From positions 3,296,001-3,360,000 of the forward strand of contig OY970166.1 in NCBI GenBank assembly GCA_963706595.1: a DNA stretch of 64,000 bases, given 5' to 3'. Shown here piece by piece: positions 40,560 through 51,136 of the stretch. Made by a program: the position numbers and the translations under genes. The DNA is from an uncultured cyanobacterium. Its GTDB lineage: Bacteria > Cyanobacteriota > Cyanobacteriia > Cyanobacteriales > Nostocaceae. Under the pieces are notes generated by a model that saw only the letters and a program-made list of their open reading frames with translations, searched no databases and was not told where the DNA came from. Position 1 is the stretch's first letter; every line of letters begins with the position of its first letter.

Positions 40560-41570
40560 ATGTCATTTCTCAAAACTGTTGAATCCAAATTATTTCAATC
40601 TGAAATACCCTATAAACCAATGGGTAAATATGTCCATTTTCTCACTGTCCGCATCACTGAATCTTATCCTCTCTTTCAAACAGATGGAGAATTAAATAAA
40701 GCCAGAGTACGAGCCGGAGTCAAAGATAAGACTACAATTAGCCGTTTGTCAATGTTTAAACGCAAACAGTCTACACCAGAGCGTTTAGTTGGACGGGAAT
40801 TACTGCGTAACTATGGCTTGATGACTGCGGAAGAATGCGAATATAACGTTAGTTTTGCAATGGATAATCCTGATTGCATCATTTACGGTTTTGCTATTGG
40901 TGATTCTGGTTCTGAAAAATCTAAAGTTGTAGTAGATACCGCATTTTCAATTACATCTTTTGATCAATCACACGAAACATTTACTCTTAACGCTCCCTAT
41001 GAAAATGGTACAATGGCTTCTAAGGGTGAAAATGGTTCTAAACCGGGTGAAGTCACCAGTCGAATTAATCAGCAAGATCATATTATTCCACAGGTTTTCT
41101 TCCCTAGTATTGTCACCCTCAAAGACCCCACTGAAGCTAGTTTTCTTTACGTTTTTAACAATATCCTCAGAACGCGCCACTATGGAGCGCAGACTACCCG
41201 TACAGGTCGCGTTAGAAATGAGTTAATTGGTGTTGTATTTGCAGATGGAGAAATTACCAGTAATCTCCGTTGGACTCAAGCAATATATGATCAAATGAAG
41301 GCACAAAATACAATCAATCCTCCTGAACCTTTGGATGAAGATGATGTAATTACTGCTGCTAAAAGTGCAATTGAGGCTTTAATGGCTGATGAGTTTATTG
41401 TGCATACTGATTTCATTGGTGATGCTTTTTCACCTCTACTAAATGAAGTTAAAAGCATAGTGGGTGATGAAACAGGAATTAAGGCAGTTTTAGAAAAAGC
41501 TGATGCAGAAGCGAAAAATTATGCCAGTAAACATATTAGCAAAAAGAAAACTGCTGCTAAGGCTAAGTAA
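40560..41570 (+). CDS. cas7: Type I-D Cas7/Csc2
   Basis: RKQSTPERLVGRELLR, PDCIIYGFA and YGAQTTRTG motifs. Confidence 0.92.
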   Translation: MSFLKTVESKLFQSEIPYKPMGKYVHFLTVRITESYPLFQTDGELNKARVRAGVKDKTTISRLSMFKRKQSTPERLVGRELLRNYGLMTAEECEYNVSFAMDNPDCIIYGFAIGDSGSEKSKVVVDTAFSITSFDQSHETFTLNAPYENGTMASKGENGSKPGEVTSRINQQDHIIPQVFFPSIVTLKDPTEASFLYVFNNILRTRHYGAQTTRTGRVRNELIGVVFADGEITSNLRWTQAIYDQMKAQNTINPPEPLDEDDVITAAKSAIEALMADEFIVHTDFIGDAFSPLLNEVKSIVGDETGIKAVLEKADAEAKNYASKHISKKKTAAKAK

Positions 41571-41575
41571 CAGCT

Positions 41576-42283
41576 ATGGCTATAATCTACCGATGTCAAT
41601 TAGAACTACACGACAGCCTCTATTTTGCGACTCGTGAAATTGGGCGACTCTACGAAACAGAGCCGATAATTCATAATTACGCTCTTTGTTATGCACTGGG
41701 TTTAGTTGATAGCGAAATCTACTCTACTACGGTGGCTGAAGAACATTCCTATCGCTATTTTTGCCCTGAACAAGTGCCAAAATATGAGGAGCATTTAACC
41801 CCACTTAATCAACAGGGGATTTATATTACTCCGGCTCGTTCTCTCAAGCATTCAGCCATTCTCAATACCTGGAAGTATGCTAACAACAACTACCACGTTG
41901 AAATGGAGAAAACACAGAAGAATATTCCTAGTTTTGGCAGAGCAAAGGAAATTGCGCCAGAAAGTCAATTTGAGTTTTTCGTAATTTCTCAAAAACAAGT
42001 TAAATTACCAAAATGGGTTCGTTTGGGTAAATGGATGAGTAAGGCTGAGGTGACGGTTGCAGAGTTACCTAAATCTAAAACTATTTCAGGTGTATTTACT
42101 TGTAAATATCCTTTAAATCCTTTAGATGTGATGTTTACTCATCAAGTTATTAGCTATGATGTGGTAAATATGCCTCCAGTTAGTCTGATTCAAAATGTGC
42201 AAATGCGCGGTGAATACTATCAGTTTGAGGGTATTCCAGAATTAAAGCTTCCGGCTAGGATGGAATATCGTTTTCAAGGTTAA
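41576..42283 (+). CDS. cas5: Type I-D Cas5/Csc1
   Basis: LYFATRE..HNYALCYALG and PKWVRLGKWMSK motifs. Confidence 0.9.
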   Translation: MAIIYRCQLELHDSLYFATREIGRLYETEPIIHNYALCYALGLVDSEIYSTTVAEEHSYRYFCPEQVPKYEEHLTPLNQQGIYITPARSLKHSAILNTWKYANNNYHVEMEKTQKNIPSFGRAKEIAPESQFEFFVISQKQVKLPKWVRLGKWMSKAEVTVAELPKSKTISGVFTCKYPLNPLDVMFTHQVISYDVVNMPPVSLIQNVQMRGEYYQFEGIPELKLPARMEYRFQG

Positions 42284-42541
42284 TCATTTGGCTTCTTGCA
42301 AAGGTCTTTTTTAGAAAGTTGAAACTGCGGTTTCAGTTAATAAATTAGTGCTTTTGCAGGAGGCGTATTCACAAGGTTGATGCAAAGGAATGAAGTTCTC
42401 TTTATTCTATTTGTGTTGTGAAGATGAACGAACCGCCAAGTCGCCAAGTGCGCCAAGGAATGACGGAGAAGATTTTAGGTTCGCGCGGGAGTGTGTCTGC
42501 AAGATTTATGATTACTGGTAGATATTTATTTTATTCTTCTA

Positions 42542-43171
42542 TTGCTCTCTATACTGACTGTGAAACACTTTCAACAACAACCCAACGCTTTCCCTAGCGA
42601 ATACCTAAATAATTTATGGGGAGAAATTCAAGCTTGTCGCTATTTTGCTATCAATAATCTCAACCGCGATTTTGTCGGGACGAAGGGATTTTCTGTAGTA
42701 TTCAGGCGATCGCACATCCCCACAGTACAAGAAAAGTTCCCCTACTTCAAATCATACCTCGATTTGGCTCTGCAACCGGGTTGTAATGCTTTTTACCTCA
42801 ATCCGTTACAACTCAAGGAAGGTTCCCGTGTAGACCCGCACATTGACCGCTCGTTGCGTTCTTACTGCAAAACCATTGAACCGCCGGCAGTTGTCAGCGT
42901 TCTTTATGTGCGCTTACCTGAAAATATGGAAGGGGGAGAATTGGTACTGAAGTCGCAGAAACGCCAACTGGGACAAATTAAGCCCCAGGTAAATACTTTA
43001 GTTTACTTCCAAGGTGATTTAACCCACTCTGTCAACGCTGTGAAAACTCCGGGAAATCGCTTGAGTTTGGTTTGTGAACAGTATAGTTTGAGTGAAGCGG
43101 AACTTGCAGAAATCCCAGAATTTACTGTGGAATCAAGAATTGTTCAGTCCACAACAAAAAAACGCAAGTAA
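42542..43171 (+). CDS. 2OG-Fe(II) oxygenase family protein
   Basis: HID, GGEL, H.V and R.SLV jelly-roll motifs; start may be GTG 42560. Confidence 0.8.
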   Translation: MLSILTVKHFQQQPNAFPSEYLNNLWGEIQACRYFAINNLNRDFVGTKGFSVVFRRSHIPTVQEKFPYFKSYLDLALQPGCNAFYLNPLQLKEGSRVDPHIDRSLRSYCKTIEPPAVVSVLYVRLPENMEGGELVLKSQKRQLGQIKPQVNTLVYFQGDLTHSVNAVKTPGNRLSLVCEQYSLSEAELAEIPEFTVESRIVQSTTKKRK

Positions 43172-43261
43172 ATTTCTGACTTTTAAATTCAAACCCAATT
43201 ACGAATTACGTTCGCGCAGCGTTTCCGAAGGAAATATTACGAATTACGAATTATTGAAAAT

Positions 43262-44089
43262 ATGCCTCATAGCTTAGTTCTCAACCTACTTCCGCAATCG
43301 TCTATCCCATCCCAGTTTCTCACAGGGAGACATCTGCACGCACTATTTTTGACCCTTGTTAGTTCTGTAGATCACGCATTAGGCGATCGCCTACATGATT
43401 CTACCGCAGATAAAGCCTTCACCCTCTCACCCCTACAAACTAATTTCCCGTCTCAGGGAACTAGGGGAATATCTAAATTGCAACACTCACATCAACAACC
43501 CATTTCCGCCGGAACCCCTTGTTGGTGGCGCATTTCTCTCTTAGATGACACACTTTTTAGCGAACTTACTCAACTCTGGCTGAATCTTAACCCCAATCAT
43601 CCTTGGCATCTTGGCCCTGCTGACTTGTATATTACCAGCATTCAAGGCACACCCCAATCTACCCAACCCTGGGCAAATGCCTGTAGCTATACCCAATTAT
43701 ACGAGCAAGCCAGCGATCGCGATCGCGCCATTGACTTTATTTTCTCCACACCTACCGCCTTTCGCCAAGGAAAATTTGACACTACCCTTCCTACGAGAGA
43801 ATGTGTTTTCAATTCCCTGCTTTCCCGGTGGAATAAATATAGTGGAATCGAATTTTCTCAATTTTCCATCGAGTCAATATTTCCCTCCTTTGTCAACATT
43901 CGTACAGAAATATTAGCAGACTCCCGCAGCAAATTTATCGGCATTGTCGGAGAAGTTAATTATCGGATTTTAGGTGAAATTGAACCCATACAAATTAAAC
44001 AAATTAACGCTTTAGCCGAATTTGCTTTATATGCAGGTGTAGGACGAAAAACACCAATGGGTATGGGGATGATGCGGCGACGACATTAA
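43262..44089 (+). CDS. cas6: Cas6 endoribonuclease
   Basis: C-terminal YAGVGRKTPMGMG glycine-rich loop. Confidence 0.93.
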   Translation: MPHSLVLNLLPQSSIPSQFLTGRHLHALFLTLVSSVDHALGDRLHDSTADKAFTLSPLQTNFPSQGTRGISKLQHSHQQPISAGTPCWWRISLLDDTLFSELTQLWLNLNPNHPWHLGPADLYITSIQGTPQSTQPWANACSYTQLYEQASDRDRAIDFIFSTPTAFRQGKFDTTLPTRECVFNSLLSRWNKYSGIEFSQFSIESIFPSFVNIRTEILADSRSKFIGIVGEVNYRILGEIEPIQIKQINALAEFALYAGVGRKTPMGMGMMRRRH

Positions 44090-44108
44090 CCACAACTTAA
44101 ACCAAATC

Positions 44109-44702
44109 ATGAAAAATACTGAATATATCGAGATAGCAGCTTTGAACCAATACGCCTATTGTTCCCATCGCTGCTGGCGGATGTTTTGTGCTGGCGAATT
44201 TGCCGACAATCAATATACAATTGAAGGTACAGCTTTACATGACAGAGTTCACACCACAGGCGATATTGAAAAAGAAGATACTTGGCAAATACGAGCAATT
44301 TATTTGAAGTCAGAAAAATATAAACTCATCGGTAAATCTGACTTAATCGAAGTCGTCTCAGGTGAATATTATCCTATTGAATACAAACGCGGACGTAAAG
44401 GTGAATGGGATAACGATGAATTGCAAGTTTGCGCCCAAGCATTATGTTTAGAAGAAATGACAGGGCAAACTATCAACATCGGATATATCTATTATGCTCA
44501 TTCCCATCAACGGCAATTAGTCGAGATTAATCAAGAACTTAGAGAAAGTGCGATCGCTACCATTGCAGCCGTGACAAATTTACTTGAAACTGGCACAATG
44601 CCACCACCATCTTACAGTAAAAGGTGCAAAGGTTGTAGTCTTTATTCGCAATGTTTACCCAAAGCATCTGACAAGTTAAGAAACTATCAAGAAGCCAATT
44701 AA
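44109..44702 (+). CDS. cas4: Cas4
   Basis: YC, GKSD..PIEYKRG, Q..AQ..C and CxxCxxxxxC motifs. Confidence 0.93.
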   Translation: MKNTEYIEIAALNQYAYCSHRCWRMFCAGEFADNQYTIEGTALHDRVHTTGDIEKEDTWQIRAIYLKSEKYKLIGKSDLIEVVSGEYYPIEYKRGRKGEWDNDELQVCAQALCLEEMTGQTINIGYIYYAHSHQRQLVEINQELRESAIATIAAVTNLLETGTMPPPSYSKRCKGCSLYSQCLPKASDKLRNYQEAN

Positions 44703-44821
44703 TTTCAGGTTTGTAACTTGGTAGAAAATACAGAACCTCACCCCCAACCCCTCTCCTTAGTAAGGAGAGGGGAGTCTTTGACGCAACTTTGAGGAAATTT
44801 TATTAAATTTTGGAGAAAATT

Positions 44822-45823
44822 ATGGGAACAGTTTACGTCACACAAGAAGAAGCCTATATTGGAAAAGTTGATGAAATTCTGATTGTCAAAGCTGATAAAA
44901 AGACAGTTTTCGACGTACCTCTGATTAAAGTTGATGGTTTAGTCATCATGGGGAGAGCTAATATTTCCCCGGCGGCTATTTCTGAACTGATTTCTCGAAA
45001 AATTCCCATTACTTATCTCAACTTTAATGGCAAATTTCTCGCTCGTTTAGAACCCGATATGGGTAAAAATATTTTTGTCAGAAATGCTCAATGGAAAGCC
45101 GCCGGCGAATCAGCACAAGCAGTCCATGTTACTCAAGGTTTTGTCAGGGGAAAACTCAAAAATTATCGTCAATCTTTATTACTAGCACAACGCCGTTATG
45201 ACCTAGATTTAAACTCTAATATTACTCAATTATCTCATGCGATCGCATCCCTAGAGCAAGCCAAAACAATTAATTCTCTCAGAGGTTATGAAGGCGCTGG
45301 AAGTGCAGCATATTTTGGTTGTTTTAATCAACTAATTCGGGTAGATAACTTTAGCTTTTCCACCCGCAACCGTCGCCCACCCACAGATCCAGTAAACTCC
45401 CTTTTGAGTTTAGGTTATTCCCTACTGCGTCACGATATCCAAGGCGCATTAAATATGATTGGTTTTGACCCTTATTTAGGATACCTGCACACAGAACGAT
45501 ATGGTAGACCTTCACTAGCACTAGATTTAATGGAAGAATTTCGACCATTAATCGTAGATGCTGTAGTTTTAGCTGCAATTAATCGCCGGATGTTAGCACC
45601 AAAAGATTTTATTACTGAACCTGTTAGTGGTGCGGTTTCACTTACTAAGGAAGGATTGCATAATTTTCTGCGATTATATCAAGAAAAGAAGCTGAGTAAA
45701 TTTAAACATCCAGTCTTGCAGAAACAATATACCTATCAAGAAACCTTTGAGATTCAAGGACGTTTCCTCGCTAAATATCTCCTGGGAGAGATTGACAAGT
45801 ATCCCCCATTAGTAATGAGATAA
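44822..45823 (+). CDS. cas1: Cas1 (type I-D)
   Basis: RGYEG, RPPTDPVNSLLS, GYLH and LDLMEEFRP motifs. Confidence 0.95.
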   Translation: MGTVYVTQEEAYIGKVDEILIVKADKKTVFDVPLIKVDGLVIMGRANISPAAISELISRKIPITYLNFNGKFLARLEPDMGKNIFVRNAQWKAAGESAQAVHVTQGFVRGKLKNYRQSLLLAQRRYDLDLNSNITQLSHAIASLEQAKTINSLRGYEGAGSAAYFGCFNQLIRVDNFSFSTRNRRPPTDPVNSLLSLGYSLLRHDIQGALNMIGFDPYLGYLHTERYGRPSLALDLMEEFRPLIVDAVVLAAINRRMLAPKDFITEPVSGAVSLTKEGLHNFLRLYQEKKLSKFKHPVLQKQYTYQETFEIQGRFLAKYLLGEIDKYPPLVMR

Positions 45824-45836
45824 CTCCCTACACCCC

Positions 45837-46109
45837 ATGTTTGTAGTAATTTCCTACGATATTTCAGAAGACAAGCGCCGCACCAAAGTTCACAAAATTC
45901 TCAAGTCTTACGGACAGTGGATGCAATATTCTGTATTTGAATGCGACTTAACCAAGACTCAGTATGCTAAACTGCGATCGCGCTTGTCTAAAGTCATCAA
46001 ACCTAACGAAGACAACATCCGTTTTTATTTCCTCTGTGCTTGCTGTCAGGGAAAAGTTGAGCGCATCGGCGGTGATATGCCAAGAGACACCACAGTATTT
46101 TTTGCCTGA
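45837..46109 (+). CDS. cas2: Cas2
   Basis: VISYDI..RRTK..QYSVFEC motifs. Confidence 0.95.
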   Translation: MFVVISYDISEDKRRTKVHKILKSYGQWMQYSVFECDLTKTQYAKLRSRLSKVIKPNEDNIRFYFLCACCQGKVERIGGDMPRDTTVFFA

Positions 46110-46362
46110 GTTTTGCGTCAACCAGTAGGTGTTTTTTTGAACATTGAAAATTTTACGCCTGTAATCCTTACCTCATCTGGTTTTGAACCCTCTCACACCT
46201 AATTTGAGGTTGACGCAAACTCCCAAACTCTTGCTATCAAAGCTTTTGAGCTATTTATTCCTCTGTCTCTCTTGACAACCCAATCGCTGAAAAGCTATAT
46301 TCATTTTAGATTGACGAAACAGCACCTTGAAAACCAAATATATCAACGCTTTCAACTGCGGG
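46110..46362 (+). promoter_or_regulatory. CRISPR leader with sigma70-like promoter
   Basis: TTGACA 46272-46277, 18-nt spacer, TATATT 46296-46301; lies between cas2 and the first repeat. Confidence 0.7.
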
Positions 46363-47353
46363 GTTCCAATTACTAATAATCCCTATCAGGGATTGAAACC
46401 AATGATTATGAAGCTGCTGCTATGGTTACAGCCTTCCAATTACTAATAATCCCTATCAGGGATTGAAACCAAAATTAAGGCAGAGGTTTCAATGTAAGGT
46501 TGAAAGTTCCAATTACTAATAATCCCTATCAGGGATTGAAACTTATCTTTGTATTTGTCGGGTAAAACACTTAACAGTTCCAATTACTAATAATCCCTAT
46601 CAGGGATTGAAACAAATACTTAGGGCAAATGCTAGCGGGTGAATTATCTGTTCCAATTACTAATAATCCCTATCAGGGATTGAAACTTTAGTATCCACTT
46701 GTTTCAGCAAACACTCGCTTAAGTTCCAATTACTAATAATCCCTATCAGGGATTGAAACACTATAATTTAATAGAAGAAAAGTGGGGAGACTCAGTTCCA
46801 ATTACTAATAATCCCTATCAGGGATTGAAACAATGGCATATCTTCATCCTCTTCTGTTGGTTCTGGGTGTTCCAATTACTAATAATCCCTATCAGGGATT
46901 GAAACTGAAGCCACGTATGAATCTGGAAATTTTGTATTCAAGTTCCAATTACTAATAATCCCTATCAGGGATTGAAACTAAGCAATTTGACCGTGAGCGG
47001 GGGACAGGTGACACGTGTTCCAATTACTAATAATCCCTATCAGGGATTGAAACCGCCGACTCTGAAGGTGAATGGGTAGCTTGGATTGGGCATCGTTCCA
47101 ATTACTAATAATCCCTATCAGGGATTGAAACGCCAGTATTCAGAGGTAAGCTCATCATTCCAATCAAGTTCCAATTACTAATAATCCCTATCAGGGATTG
47201 AAACGGGCAAATTCACGATGGCTTGCCACAGGCTACCAGTTCCAATTACTAATAATCCCTATCAGGGATTGAAACAGCAGTTCTTTTCCTTGTATTTGAA
47301 TGTATATTTGCCACATGTTCCAATTACTAATAATCCCTATCAGGGATTGAAAT
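46363..47353 (+). CRISPR. Type I-D CRISPR array: 14 repeats of 37 nt, 13 spacers
   Basis: Repeat GTTCCAATTACTAATAATCCCTATCAGGGATTGAAAC; repeat 2 starts with C; terminal repeat ends GAAAT; spacers 33-41 nt. Confidence 0.98.
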
Positions 47354-47477
47354 AAGAAAGAAGAAATTTGTATTTTCTAGAGTCCGCGCAGGCGGACTTT
47401 GTTTGTGTAGCCGCGATTTCTAATCGCCCGTGATATTTGCTTTGCGTCTTTGCGCCTTTGCGTGAAACTAACTCTTA

Positions 47478-47835
47478 GAGGATGTTTTAAAAGTAGTTAG
47501 CTGTAATGTTAAGCACGAGTCAATCCCCCCTAGCCCCCCTTAAAAAGGCAGGGCTGTTTCATTCCATCAGGAGGGAGGATTTGTCAATATCATTAGGGAT
47601 AATTTTTGGGACAGAAGTCATGGAAAACCTACATTTCAATCCAAAAAATTCAAATTTTTCTCAGGATATTTAGAGCGATTGCTTTAAATATCCCTTGACA
47701 TAATAAGCCTTTGAGGGAATGAAACAGCCCTGCCTTAAAAAGGGGGGAACTAGAATCAAAGTCCCCCTTTCTAAGGGGGATTTAGGGGGATCTAAAACGT
47801 TTTGCTACTAAAAAAAAGACTTTTAAAACATCCTC
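47478..47835. mobile_element. Outer MITE with 17-bp TIRs and TTA target duplication
   Basis: GAGGATGTTTTAAAAGT ... ACTTTTAAAACATCCTC flanked by TTA on both sides. Confidence 0.7.
47549..47732. mobile_element. Inner 184-bp MITE with 17-bp TIRs and 11-bp target duplication
   Basis: CAGGGCTGTTTCATTCC ... GGAATGAAACAGCCCTG flanked by CCTTAAAAAGG direct repeats. Confidence 0.8.
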
Positions 47836-47899
47836 TTAAAAAAAATCAACCTCCCACAAAAATAACATTTGCAAAAGGTTGATTAAATTCGATTAAAAA

Positions 47900-49942
47900 T
47901 TACTGCTCAATAATTGGGAGAATAGGCTCAAATACTTCAGGCTCAGGATTGAGAACATACTGCCAATTTTGAATTTGCTGTTGCGCCGTACTGTAAACAG
48001 AACTACTGCGAGGAATCAACTTAGCAGTCTCAATAGCACGAGGAATATTAACCTCACCCTGAGAACGGGCAATATCTAACAATTGCTGACTCCATTGATT
48101 AATAGCAATATTCGCATCCATCCGCAACGTGCTACTTCTGGGAACCCTATCAGCCAGTCCTATAGCCTGAGACAAAGCTTCTGGTGTACTAGCAGCAGCC
48201 ACCTGCGTCGCTCGACTCCAATTTTCTCTAGCGCGGATTTGCCCTTGCCAATCATCTATAGCCCTCCTCGCTTCACCAGCAAGCGATCGCCCAGATGATA
48301 CAATTGGCTGAACAGTATTAATCGCAGCCGTCAAATCCCCACCCCGTGCCAGCATTCTTGCTTGATCTAACAATGGCTGATCTTGTATTCTTTGAACAGT
48401 TGCTGTCCATGTGCTAATTTTTCTCTGTGCTTCCGAATACAAAGCCCTACCCCTGCGGATTTGTCCAGCCTCAGATATAGCAGCTTGCAAAGAATTCAGA
48501 TCATTTAACCATGCCAATTGTTGAGCGCGTTCCAAAATCGGTCTATCTTCAATAGTCTCCACTTGGTTACGCCAACGGTTGACTTCCTTCCTCGCTTCAG
48601 AAGCGCGAGGATTACTAGAAGAAATCATCTGGACTTCACTAATCGCTGCCGTTAAATATTCAATAGTCCCTTGGCTAGCAAGTGTCCGGGCTTTTTCTAA
48701 CCGCGCCACATCTTCAATTTCCATTTGCCAACGAGCAATCAACTGCTGCGCTTCACCATAATTTGACCTGGAAACATCAACTTGTTGCGCCTGAAAGATA
48801 GCCGTTTCCAAACCAGACACAGTACCAATCCAGGCATTCCTTTGGGCATCAGTTAAAGCTATAAAATCTGATATTTCTGATTGTAACTTAGTCTGATCTG
48901 GAATTTGTCTAGCAATATCTAAAGCTGTATTCGCGTCCCGCCTATCCAGACTTGCCTGTGCCAAATCCAGCATTTTCCGGCCAATTTCAGGAATCAACTC
49001 CTGGGCTTTTGCATACAAGTAACTTTCTGATTTAATAGACTCAGATATTTTAATCGCTTCCAGTAAATTATTTACTACTTTGCTATTTGCTAAACGTTCA
49101 GCATTTGCTAACTTATCACCATCTTCTCGTGCAGAATTAATCAAGTTATTTAACTGATCATACTTAATACTTGACCAGTATTGATTATCCACACGCAGTA
49201 ATCTAGCCGATAGCATAAATGCCGAATGCCAACGCCGTTCTTGTAGTTCCTCTTCGGCATTCTCATATACACCTTCTGCCTGAGACCAAATCAACTCCCA
49301 CTTAGTAATTTGCTCATCCACTAATTGATAAGCCGGCAGTTCATTTGGTATTTTACGCGCAGTTGCGATCGCTTCCTCCAAATTTCCCGCTTGAAAACTC
49401 TGGTCTGCAAGCTTTAAAATATCCCGTGACCATTCCTTTAAATACCGATCAATTTCTGAGCGCAACGGGTGATCATCTGGTATTTTACCTACAATGGCGA
49501 TCGCTTGCAGTAAATCATTCACATTCTGCTTAGAAGCCGATATCTGAGCGCAATGTAACTTCACCGCAGCACTGACAAAAGGTCGAGAAATCCCAGGACA
49601 ACTGGGGGCGCTGGGCAGCTTCAGCAGCATAGCCATCGCCACAAATCCCACACTGCCAGGAATGAATGTCAACATTAACACCCACAAAACCCAGCTTTTC
49701 ATCCAGCGTCGGGATTTCCCAGCAATTCTAGTAGGTAAACTAGTTTCTGCTGACTGATTATTTAAAGGTAATTCCGCACTGTCTTGTGTTTGTCGCTTCA
49801 CTGATTTAGAGGTAGAACCAGAAGCCGAGACACCAAATGCTTGAGATTCACCGAATTGTGGCGTTCGGGATAATCTGGTCATATCATCTGGCTCTCCGGC
49901 TCTGGATGGGGGCCAACGTTCTGGAATATCCCGCTCTGTCAT
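47900..49942 (-). CDS. Membrane-anchored helical-repeat protein (conserved cyanobacterial hypothetical)
   Basis: One TM segment, then repeated A..AI..A..IP..Y.EAQ..I..W units. Confidence 0.75.
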   Translation of the reverse strand: MTERDIPERWPPSRAGEPDDMTRLSRTPQFGESQAFGVSASGSTSKSVKRQTQDSAELPLNNQSAETSLPTRIAGKSRRWMKSWVLWVLMLTFIPGSVGFVAMAMLLKLPSAPSCPGISRPFVSAAVKLHCAQISASKQNVNDLLQAIAIVGKIPDDHPLRSEIDRYLKEWSRDILKLADQSFQAGNLEEAIATARKIPNELPAYQLVDEQITKWELIWSQAEGVYENAEEELQERRWHSAFMLSARLLRVDNQYWSSIKYDQLNNLINSAREDGDKLANAERLANSKVVNNLLEAIKISESIKSESYLYAKAQELIPEIGRKMLDLAQASLDRRDANTALDIARQIPDQTKLQSEISDFIALTDAQRNAWIGTVSGLETAIFQAQQVDVSRSNYGEAQQLIARWQMEIEDVARLEKARTLASQGTIEYLTAAISEVQMISSSNPRASEARKEVNRWRNQVETIEDRPILERAQQLAWLNDLNSLQAAISEAGQIRRGRALYSEAQRKISTWTATVQRIQDQPLLDQARMLARGGDLTAAINTVQPIVSSGRSLAGEARRAIDDWQGQIRARENWSRATQVAAASTPEALSQAIGLADRVPRSSTLRMDANIAINQWSQQLLDIARSQGEVNIPRAIETAKLIPRSSSVYSTAQQQIQNWQYVLNPEPEVFEPILPIIEQ

Positions 49943-50080
49943 CTCTCACACCAAAATAGTTGAATAGCGATCTGTTTTAGGCTGATAATTCCAATGCTGC
50001 CATAGTAAAAGCTACTTGATTGAATATCCTCTGACCACAGATAGCATGAATTTTATCAGCTTTTAGTATTTATTTATACT

Positions 50081-50986
50081 TTAACCAGAAACGGAAGATT
50101 CTGTTTGCAAATCAACAATTAGCTGCGCCAAGTGATGACTATTTGCCTGATAAACTTCACCGCAAAACTCACAAATTGCCTCAGCACCATCATCTTTGAT
50201 AATCATGTCTTGCAACTCCTCTGCTCCCAGGATTTTCAGCGCCCCTAGCACACGGTCAAAAGAGCAGCCACAGTGGAAGCGCAACATTTGACGTTCAGGA
50301 AATATTGACAGCCCCATATCTCCCAGCAAATCATTAAAAATTTCTGGCAACGTCTTTCCAGCTTGTAGCAATGGTGTAAATCCAGACAAACTAGCCACCC
50401 GTGATTCCAGTATTTCCACCAAAGCTTCATCCCTCGCCGCTTTCGGTAAAACTTGCACAAGCAACCCTCCCGAAGCCGTTACACCACTTGCTCCCACAAA
50501 TACACCTAAAACCAAAGCCGAAGGCGTTTGTTCAGAACTAACTAAGTAATGAGCCACATCGTCGCCGATTTCTCCCGATACTAGTTCCACCGTACTAGAG
50601 TAAGGATAGCCATAACCGATATCTCGCACTACGTACAGATAACCGTTACCGACTGCACCACCAACATCAAGCTTACCTTTGGCATTAGGAGGCAATTCCA
50701 CCGATGGATTAGCCACATAACCGCGTACAGTGCCATCCAAGCCAGCATCTACCAAGATACCACCCAAAGGACCATCGCCCTTCACCCGGACATTCACCCT
50801 AGAACCAGGACGCTTCATACTAGAAGCCATTAATAAACCCGCCGACATACTCCGCCCCAGTGCAGCAGTTGCCACATAAGACAGCTTGTGACGTTGCCGT
50901 GCTTCTTCCGTTAAACGAGTGGTAATCACACCCACGGCACGAATTCCACCGTCGGCAGCTGTGGCACGAATTAATTGGTCAGCCAT
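50081..50986 (-). CDS. hslO: Hsp33 redox-regulated chaperone
   Basis: MADQLIRA, SEQTPS, CGCS and CEFC zinc motifs. Confidence 0.93.
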   Translation of the reverse strand: MADQLIRATAADGGIRAVGVITTRLTEEARQRHKLSYVATAALGRSMSAGLLMASSMKRPGSRVNVRVKGDGPLGGILVDAGLDGTVRGYVANPSVELPPNAKGKLDVGGAVGNGYLYVVRDIGYGYPYSSTVELVSGEIGDDVAHYLVSSEQTPSALVLGVFVGASGVTASGGLLVQVLPKAARDEALVEILESRVASLSGFTPLLQAGKTLPEIFNDLLGDMGLSIFPERQMLRFHCGCSFDRVLGALKILGAEELQDMIIKDDGAEAICEFCGEVYQANSHHLAQLIVDLQTESSVSG

Positions 50987-51136
50987 GAAAAACCTTACAT
51001 TTCTTAACAAGTCTACATTTTCTATTCTAAATTCTCATCTAGCAGAAAAACGCCACTGTGATTCGTGATTGTATTTGCAATACTAGAACTACAACGCCCT
51101 AAAAGTCAGTCCTGACCTTTAAACAATTATTAAAAA

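Noticed and set aside
46760..46768. Spacer 6 start ACTATAATT matches 35598-35606
   Set aside because: Only 9 AT-rich nt and no GTN PAM; expected by chance
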